A stretch of 64,000 nt of DNA from the NCBI GenBank assembly GCA_964016885.1, contig OZ024753.1, positions 186,001 through 250,000 on the forward strand, given 5' to 3'. The stretch is from Eledone cirrhosa. Its lineage: Eukaryota. Both the position numbers and the translations under genes were made by a program. This document shows, in pieces, positions 54,731-64,000 of the stretch. The notes under the pieces are model-generated. The model saw nothing but the letters and a program-made list of their open reading frames with translations. It searched no databases and had not been told where the DNA came from. Position 1 is the stretch's first letter. Each line of letters starts with the position of its first letter.

Positions 54731-57082
54731 ATGAAAGCTATACACATGTTCACAAAAGAAGACATGTCACCCACTCGAAAGTGGGTGGGAGATCTCCCCG
54801 TCGGACGGAGAGAGTTGACAGGTCTGGTCTGAAAAAAATCAAAACCAAAATCAATTACAATGGCGGGTCTTAAATATATTGTCGATAGCTTTGATGATGA
54901 AAGGTGAGGGAGTGAGTTTCGTGAATCACAAGGGATAAGTTTATAATCAGAATTTGTCTAGAAGTTGAAACCAAGTAATTTTGGCAGTCAGAGGTTTAGG
55001 ACAGAACACTAAAATTAAACGTCTATAATTATGTTATTGCTGTTGTTGATCTCCTGGCCAACCCTGATCCAGCAAATGTACGGTCAAAGACGGTGAGAGA
55101 TTTGGCTGCTATGTCTAGCAGGTCGCACGACACTGTCAAAAACTCTTTCGTTGGCTTCTAATATATGATTATTAAACATGAAGCAACCATGTCAACGATG
55201 AAGAATTAATGAATAATCAAATGTTCGGGGGGGGGGGGGGGTTCTTTTTAATTGACAGGATTTTATAAAATCTACAACAGAATGAGGTGTTTTTTATTTT
55301 AAAATCTAGACAAGGAAATTATTCCAATAAATTCCTGATAAAGAGAAATTATATATAGCTAAATGGGAGTGGGAAGGATAAATATTACTGAACAGGAAAC
55401 ATTTATAATATTGTATGAGTGTTGCTATAGTCACACACACTCACATTAATGTTACTAGAGTCACACATATTCTCTTCCTAAGATATACACACAATATTAT
55501 AGTCACACATTTTTTGGTAAGGCATACACACCCACATTAGTGTTACTATAGTCACATAAGACACACACATCAGAGAGGAAAATATACAAGTAGTTCACTT
55601 TATGCTTTATAACCAAAACCTTACACCGAAAAGAAGGCTTTTATAAAAACTATACAACTTTGTAATATAGTTTTATTCTTATAGGGGACACCAATGCTGA
55701 GTATTGTTGATATATTTGAAGTCAGTTATTTTGAAGAAACAAAATGGTTTGAATTTTGGGTGGAGTATTCAAAACGAAATGTTGGGGTGTGTCAAAATAA
55801 TGGACAATAATTCTTTCTGAACATGATGCTGGTAAACAGTTGCAGCAGTTGAAACGTGTATGGAAGAATACGGGGGAAACGATACAGATACGAAAGAGGG
55901 CAAATATGGGTGAATGATGGTGGTAGGGAATATCAGAACTAGTAGCAAAAGAAACAGTGAATTATCTGTCCCAAATAGCTGATTCCTTCCTCGACCCATA
56001 TAAAAAAATATATATATATAAAACTGTCATTAAAAATAACGGTTTAGCTAAATTCAATCTGTAATGTATGTTGGAGGGAGTGGTGATAATAGCTTTTTAA
56101 ACAATTTGTCTGGCCAAACCTTATATTACATCGTTAGAAAGGAATCTCTTGAGGTCATCATAAGAGGAAATTTAAAACATGACAAATATCCTCAACAGCT
56201 ATTTAGTTAACTGTTTAAAAAAGTTTTACAAGAAATGTTGTCGATGTAACAGAAAAGATATGAAAAATAATCATTATATCCATGGAGATGCCGAGGCTGA
56301 TAGTGAAACAAATTGATAAATACAAAATTACGAACGACTATAAATCTAACTCAGCATATTTTGAAGGTTCTCTAAAACATATGTTGTGGGAGTAATTAGA
56401 GTTATGTATAAATTAACTATCAACTACCGCATGACAGATGGAAGAGGGGCTTTCGAGAACTGTCTAGTAGAAGTTAACCCAATATACGACAAAGCAAATA
56501 TATATGTATATTACGATGAAGTATATTATATATGCGTGTCTGTATGTGTGCGTGTCTACGTATGTATGATGTATGTGCGTGTGTGTGTGTACAAACAAAA
56601 GAAATGAGCAATGAATACATCCTGAATCATTAAGTGTTTAATTATATATCAACACAGCTTCAATAACAGCACTCATATTATTACTATTACTAATGATATA
56701 AACATCTGTTGTTGTTGTTGCCCCAGGTCAACCCTGATCCAGCAGACCTATAATCAAAAGTATTACAGTTACACCATCCTACTTTTAGATGTACCTAACA
56801 CTACACTGACGACTGTGTCCTTTTCTTTTTAATTTAAGATGGTATGGTGTGATTTGAGTAATGTTTGACTGCTATTTCTAGCTGACCAGACACCCTCGTT
56901 GGCTCGAGGCATGCACTATGTATGGGTAGTGCTATACATATATAAACGTATGTGTCTATAAGAACGATTAACGAGAGACGATGTAAGGAGGAAAGCTGGC
57001 ATGAAGAGATTACTGATGGCGTTAGAGAAAGAGTGAATTGATGTATCTAAAAATTATTTAATATTGTTGGTCCACATTAATT

Positions 57083-57333
57083 AATTGTTTCTACTTTTGG
57101 CACAAGGCCAACAATTATCCCAGTGTATTACTGGTACTTTATTTTATCGACCCCCATAAGGATGAAAGGCAAAGTTAACCACATAATTAATATAATAGGT
57201 CCACATATTAATTAACTGTTGAAGATATTTGTCATGTTTCTACTTTAGGCACAAGGCCAGCAATAACCCAGTGCATTACTGGTACTTTATTTTATCGACC
57301 CCGTAAGGATGAAAGGCAAAGTCAACCTCGGCG
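57083..57333 (-). mobile_element. Two 5'-truncated family-A SINEs
   Basis: 57083-57180 and 57236-57333. Confidence 0.8.
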
Positions 57334-57897
57334 AAAACCAAAACATGCCTGGTGTTGTCACTATTCCTGCCAAACACGAGATTCACACTTAACCCCCTCC
57401 CATACAAATATATCCATTTAAAATTAATTTTAGTTGATTGAAATTCGGGAGTTCTCTCCCTTGTTTCTTCTAAGAATAAATTTTTAACATTAATGACTTT
57501 TTCTCATTAGGGCTGTAATTTCAATTGACCAAGATTTATTTTCAGTTCAACAGACCAAACTATAGTTGCCTGCATGAAGTGGTATACTAAATACCAACAA
57601 AAAAGCCTATATGTGGTAACTCGACTTGCTAGGAATAGCAGTAAAATCTCCCTTAAATTACACCTTACCGTCTCAAAATAAAAGACACCTAAATATAGAA
57701 AAAAAGACAAGACAGTCACGATTTGAATATCTTTCATCATAGGTCTGCTCAACTATGGTTGACATAAGTCTAAACAATGACTAAATAGTAGGAAGGAAAG
57801 AAAAAAAAAAATTGTTCTGTAGAATCTGCAAAGATAAAAATCAGAAACCACACAAAGGTTTATATATAGAGGAAGTTGTGTATAGTAGATTACTTAC

Positions 57898-58375
57898 CAG
57901 ATAGAATACCGGGCGTGTCTATGATACTAATACTTTCCAAAACAGGATTTTTCAACATAGAGCATTGGAATCTATTTAGAAAAGCGTTACCGAATTTAGA
58001 CAAAGGTCGGAACTGCTTCTTGGTATCAACGACTAAAGCATTGCCTGGTATAATGCCTTCAGTGTCGTTGACCATAACAGCAATAAACCTGTCGGTAGTT
58101 GGCTCGGGACCGATACGGATTCCAGGGAAATCTTGCTCCAAGAGGTAACGGATGAAAGTAGTTTTACCAGTGGAATACTGGCCGATTAATAGAATCATCG
58201 GTCGAGCATCGAAGTCGGAATCATCTAGCATAGGCGAGTGAAAGTCATGGAACCGGTAATATTCTTCTAGTGGCAACAACTTTGTCTTATAAAGTTGTTT
58301 CAAACCTTCCACCACTGATTCATAAGACTCTGGCTCCTTTCTGTTTTTGTCATCGCCTGTCATCCACCGAAGCAT
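57898..58375 (-). CDS. EHD1: EH domain-containing protein (EHD1/RME-1/Past1 family), coding exon 1
   Basis: MLRWM...LYKTKLLPLEEYYRFHDFHSP...GQYSTGKTTFI (P-loop)...RIGPEPTTDRF...IIDTPGILSG. Ends G|GTAAGT donor (phase 1, 478 nt). Paralog number is nominal. Confidence 0.96.
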
Positions 58376-58892
58376 GGTGATTTTTTTTTCTTTTTATCCT
58401 TCTTTTTTCGAATACACAACAAAAAGACAGCAGCTAGGTTATTTTTTGGCTAACGGAAAATGAAAGCTTCAAAAGAGAAGAGATATATTTTATAGTGTAT
58501 GTAATAGTATCCTTTGGGTTGTTGAATTAATATTTCTTTTCTTTCTCTCTATCCGTCCCTATTTTTCGCCGTTATCTGTAATATACAATACAGAAGGTTC
58601 ACTTCTTAATGCCGGTTCTCCGAAAAGACGACAAAGTAACAATAATGACTAGCAGAAGACTAATTGAATTTAAACCCCAAAAAAACAACATACACACACT
58701 GTAAATGTGTGTATCATTAAACAGATATATGTAATAAAGAAATGATGGCAGCAGGGTTAGTAGTTTCCATATTACAAGGAACACGAGACTATCGCCACAA
58801 TGACGACTCCACACCTCAAGGAAGAAATCTACAAAATACTGCCGCCTGCCTAACACTTTCTCTATAATTGTCAGCGTGTCTACAATGTCTGA

Positions 58893-58904
58893 CGCGCATG
58901 CGCA
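58893..58904. promoter_or_regulatory. NRF1-type palindrome in probable EHD promoter
   Basis: CGCGCATGCGCA about 520 bp upstream of the ATG in unique, repeat-poor sequence. Confidence 0.5.
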
Positions 58905-59100
58905 CTAGGGTGATACGATGAGTATCAGAGTATGGAAGGTAAGAAGTGCAAATTTTATACTTTAGTTGCGTTTTACCTAATTTTTCTCTTTTTGTATAGG
59001 GTTATTTCATTCCCATTCGCCTACGCATTTTATAATGAAAGCCTGGAGTAAATAATGATATAATCCTGGAATAGTGGTTGGCTGCTAATAACCACATACA

Positions 59101-59172
59101 TGGTAGCTGCCAACTCGTTTTCGAGTACGGCCACTACTTTATATCCATGTAGGAGAACCCCCACCGATGCGC
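59101..59172 (-). mobile_element. Family-C 3' end, 72-bp insertion with 12-bp TSD
   Basis: taaccacataca at 59089-59100 and 59173-59184. Confidence 0.8.
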
Positions 59173-59289
59173 TAACCACATACATACACACACACAGATG
59201 CAAACACATACACACATGCATGCATGCATGCATACAAACATACATACATACAACATACATACAACATGCATACAACATACATACATACA

Positions 59290-59843
59290 TGCACGATGGC
59301 TGCAAACTCCTCTGCTAAGAGTATTGCAATCACTTGTCAGATTATAGAGTTTGGTGCACTTTTAGGCTACGGCCTGTAACATATCCTGAACAAGCAATGC
59401 CTGTGCTTTGAAAATGGTTTTTTGGGATTTTTTTTGGAAAGGCCTTGCACTCGACCAATCCCACTCTCATCAATCCCACTCAGCATCAAAAACACTACCT
59501 GAAAAGGAGAACTAGTCAACATCATCGGATGCTTCCGAAGCCGCAGGATTTTTTTTCAGAGTTTCCCCTCTCCTAGAAAGGTGTTGTGACAACAACTGGG
59601 GGGCCTTTCACTCCCAGGTGAAAAAAAAACAAAAAATAAACTGCTATTTGGATGGCCATTGACTCTGCTGAGTTCCTCCGCTCTTTGCCGGGTCTTGTAT
59701 TTCATCCCGCAGGATGTCCAAATATCACCCTCCTCACCAAGCTAGCTTGGTGGGATTACCAGTTTAGTCACTGGCAACCTGACCATGAGAAAGGTTGTAC
59801 TGGGTTACATGTTACCAGTAGCACTCAAGAGCAGCCTGACATA
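59290..59843 (-). mobile_element. Diverged relative of family C
   Basis: Aligns by eye to 36820-37203; flanked by (TACA)n. Confidence 0.65.
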
Positions 59844-61230
59844 ACATACATACATACATATATAGGTACTATCTACCTATGAGGCATGATATAGTGGTCA
59901 AAACACTATACAATGCAATCCATAGAAAAGATAATCACAACAATAAACATATTAAAAGTTACAACAATGTGGAAGACATATACATAATATAATATGAAAG
60001 AGTACTGGTGGAATGTTCCAGTCAAAACCCCAATAAAATGCAAGCATAACAGACCAGATATAATAATATGTGACAAGGAAAAGAGGGCATGCACAGTAGT
60101 GGAAGCCCAGCAGATGCCAATATAATATAAAAGATTAGCAAAAAGAACATCTATACAAAACTAATGAGGAATCTGCAAATACTCCACCCTTACTATGCCT
60201 TTAGATTTATACCTGTGATTATACATACAGGCTATGATCAGGGGAAGCTGTGATCAAAGAAAACTATGATCAGGGGAACTTGTGATCAAGGAAAACTATG
60301 ATCAAGGGAAGTTATCAAGGAAAGCTATGATGAAGGTCAGCTTTGATCAAAGTACCACATCTAGAAACATAACTTTTCTTCAAACAATATATATCCAAAC
60401 TCCATTATCTCATGCCCCTTTTTTTTTAAATGTTACTTGAGGAGGAAATTTGGCTGCTAAACACAACTACACAGATCCAGCAGGATTAGTTTTCTGATCA
60501 TTTGACCATATTTAGACTATCATAGATATTTAATCAGCAAGAGAATTTCAATAATGTCAAGAAAAATGCTAGTGTGACTCCCACAGGGGTGGCAGTAGAT
60601 ATAATTTGTAATGAACATGTAAATATCAGTTGATCAAAGTATTAAGTTTTCAATTGAATAATCAATGACTGTAACAACAACAACAACATAAGCCATTACC
60701 AGAAATATCAATAATTCAATCAATACTGTTGTTATATTTACATTGCTATTCACAGCTGATATTTTCTCTTTCAATATTAACCCAGCTGTTTCAATTTGCT
60801 ATATCCGTATGATGGTGTATATATGTGCTAGTTCTGAATACCTGACCATTCTCAACATAGCAAACCATTTAGTACAAGTTTGGAATACTACTTCTTTTAA
60901 CTGTACAGTCCTGTGATATGTTCAGCCTTTGCTAGCAGAAAAAAGGGTGCTAAATGATGTTGATGATGATGAATTAGGCTTTTGCATTACAACTTTGTTT
61001 CATGTATTCTACACCCTCAGGTACAGTCTGCGGATGCTGCCAGACCTAATCCTTAAAACCTAAGGTAGCACAACACCTGTTATGTCAATATATATATATA
61101 TATATAATAAGTATGGACGAGGTGTCAAATTTTCATTAAGTCTATTCAAGTGAGACGCACATTTCACAATTGATCCTTAAACTATATCATCATCATCACC
61201 GTTTAGCATTCATTTTTCCATGCTTGCATG

Positions 61231-61263
<33 letters not shown>

Positions 61264-61529
61264 GTATATGTATATATACATATTGTTATACTTGGGGAGG
61301 GTCATATTATTGTAATAATATTGCCAGAAATAATAAAAGAACACCCTCACTGTTTGGTTGGTTTTTCGCTTCTGTATCTTTTAAACCTCCACAGTTAATT
61401 CAGCCGGTCCTTAATGTTTACCATTGACTGACCAAGGGTCAAAAATACAGATATAATATAGATATAAACACATATATATATAGTCTGCCATTTTTATTTT
61501 ATCTCAGAGATATGTATATATACATATAC

Positions 61530-62570
61530 GGCCAAGAGACCATGTTGACACTATGGAGGACATTTGTCCTAAGCCGTCTGGACTATTGCTCCCAGCTGTG
61601 ATCACCCCATAGTGTCAAACTAACCACAGAGCTTGAGGCAATCCAGAGAAGCTACACCAAGAGGATTGCGACAATGAAGGAGACGAGCTACTGGGAGAGG
61701 CTAAAAGAACTGAACCTCTACACCTTGGAACGAAGATGGGAGAGATACGCAGTGATATACATGTGGAACATCCTGGAGGGACTAGCACCAAACTTTGGCA
61801 TTGGGAGCTGGACCAACCCCCAAGCAGGACGTCACTGTATGGTGCCAAAGGTCCCGTCTTCCACATCTAGAATGGAGGGACTAGCACCAAACTTTGGCAT
61901 CGGGAGCTGGAACAACCCCCAAGCAGGACGTCACTGTGTGGTGCCAAAGGTCCCGTCTTCCACATCTAGAATGGAGGGACTAGCACCAAACTTTGGCATT
62001 GGGAGCTAGAACAACCCCCAAGCAGGACGTCACTGTGTGGTGCCAAAGGTCCTTCCACATCTAGAATGGAGGGACTAGCACCAAACTTTGGCATTGGGAG
62101 CTGGAACAACCCCCAAGCAGGACGTCACTGTGTGGTGCCAAAGGTCCCGTCTTCCACATCTAGAATGGAGGGACTAGCACCAAACTTTGGCATTGGGAGC
62201 TAGAACAACCCCCGAGCAGGACGTCACTGTGTGGTGCCAAAGGTCCCATCTTCCACATCTAGAATAAGGAGCAGATATTGCAATAGCCTCGGGTTCAAGC
62301 GCCCTCAACTCTTCAACAAGCTGCCGAGGGATCTCAGAGATCTGCATGGTGTGGAGGTGGATGTTTTCAAGAAACATCTCAACACCCTGCTATCCAGGAT
62401 CCCGGATGAGCCCACAGCAAGGCATGAAGGAAACCTAAGGGCAGCAGCAACGAACTCCCTCTTGCACCAGTGGCCAACCAATACAGGCTGGAGATAAATG
62501 TGTACAACAAGGGCGGTGCCCCAGCATGGCCTCAGCCAGATGGCTGGAACAGGTAAAAGAGTAAAAGAAT
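61530..62570 (+). mobile_element. CR1/Jockey-group LINE 3' fragment
   Basis: MLTLWRTFVLSRLDYCSQL*SP...LEAIQRSYTKRI...SYWERLKELNLYTLERR...QLFNKLPRDLR...FKKHLNTLLSRIPDEP. Confidence 0.8.
61775..62265 (+). repeat. 99-bp tandem repeat x5 inside the LINE ORF
   Basis: ggagggactagcacc at 61775, 61874, 61973, 62068 and 62167 (third unit is 95 bp). Confidence 0.95.
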
Positions 62571-62744
62571 ATATATATATATATATATACATATATATAC
62601 AAGTGGTAGGATGCTGTCCTGAATAGGACCCGTCCAACCCTTGCAAGCAGGGAAAAGCGGACGTAAAATGATGATGATATATGTATATACATATATATAA
62701 ATACATATATATATATATATATATACATATATGTATGTATGTAT

Positions 62745-63545
62745 ATAATAATAATAATAATGAATTATTGTGTAAAGTGCTCAGGTGCACTACAACTCGT
62801 CAAAGGTGCATGTATAGTACATAGAATAATATACAAATGTCAGGGAAGTGAATAGTGTATGAGTCATGATATACATGTGTGTAAGTGTATGGAGGGGGAA
62901 CATTAGGTGTAGTGTTGGCGAATCTCAGGAAGTATGGAGGTTTTAAAGGATGCAGTGTTTCGACAACTAACAACTGATCAAGGTAGTTTGTTCCACACTT
63001 CAGCAACTCTGAGCATGAAAAAATGTTTCCGAAAGTCATGGGAACTGTGCTGTTTTCTGACTTTGTGGGCATGCCCACGTGTGTTAGACACATGAAAATC
63101 AAAAAGGTACTCAGGGTTGTTGTTGGCAAGATGGTTAATAATTTTGTGGGTGTTTATCAAGTCAGTTGCCAGACGTCGGAGCTTCAATGTATCCATGCCC
63201 AGGGAAGCAAGGCATTCAGAGTATGGTAGATGCCTGATGGAGGGTATTTGCTTGGTTGCACGTCTCTGAACAGTTTCCAGGCAGTCAATGTTCTGAACTA
63301 GATAGGGGTTCCAGACTGGTGATGCAAATTCTAAGTGTGGCCGCACCATAGCTATATACAGCTTTAAATAGATAGCTGGAGAGCGGCTGACAAAGGTCTT
63401 GCTGTGTGATGCTAAGACATCCTCGGCCTTCTTAACAATTTTAGAGACGTGCTTCGTCCAACGCAAATCGCTGCTGACCGTAATGCCCAGGCCACGTTCA
63501 CAAGAAGACTTCTTGATATTAGTGTTGTGGAGGGAGTATGTGGAC
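62745..63545 (-). mobile_element. CR1-like LINE 3' fragment
   Basis: ERGLGITVSSDLRWTKHV...LYIAMVRPHLEFASPVWNP...LETVQRRATK...NTRGH...FFMLRVAEVWNKLP; (TAT)n tail. Confidence 0.85.
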
Positions 63546-63635
63546 ACATATATATAATCATCATCATCATTTAACCTCTATCTTCCACGCTACATATATA
63601 TATATACATGCATATAAACACATATATGCTAATAC

Positions 63636-63903
63636 ATGTGTTGTTTCCTTGAGCAAGACACTTTATTTCACATTGCTCCAGTTTACTCAGCTGTAGAAAT
63701 GAGATGATAGGACTGGGGTCCATATCATTCCACTGCAAAGTGGTCGTGGAGGTGTCATGGCAAAAAAGCACCCAGCACTCACTGTAAATGAGGTTGGTGT
63801 TAGGAAGGGCATCCAGCTGTAGAAATCAAGCCAGAATCAGTTCCCGTCCCACCCTTGCAAGCAGGTAAAAGTGGACGTAAAATGATGATGATGATGATGA
63901 TGA
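63636..63903 (+). mobile_element. Family-B SINE, 5'-truncated
   Basis: Central domain plus RTE tail and (GAT)n. Confidence 0.85.
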
Positions 63904-64000
63904 TATATAAATTAATAAAATTCCAATGAAGTGTCCAGTTATGTTTTGAAATCAATTTAATAGACTTTATCTGATCTCAAAATTTGTGCGAATATCTTCT

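Overview
AT-rich, microsatellite- and transposon-dense animal DNA. The SINE/RTE repertoire looks like a coleoid cephalopod (Octopus-like); this is an inference. There is one host gene: an EHD/RME-1/Past1-family ATPase on the minus strand. Coding exon 1 (57898-58375) and exon 2 (8331-8767) are separated by a ~49 kb intron, later exons lie left of the window, and a probable promoter with an NRF1 motif sits near 58.9 kb. Nearly everything else is intronic or upstream mobile DNA: a young RTE LINE whose ORF carries a PHD-like finger, its partner SINE, a second abundant tRNA-SINE, a Penelope-like element with an inverted pseudo-LTR, CR1/Tx1/CRE/R4-like relics, maT (DD37D) and mariner derivatives, and piggyBac, hAT, pogo and Tc1 MITEs. 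The most notable observations are several minimal hammerhead-ribozyme motifs and a ~0.6 kb non-coding retroposon family embedded in (TACA/TA)n arrays, whose 5' end has conserved hairpins (one with a compensatory change) including a twister-like module. Family assignments come from motif recognition only; no searches were run.
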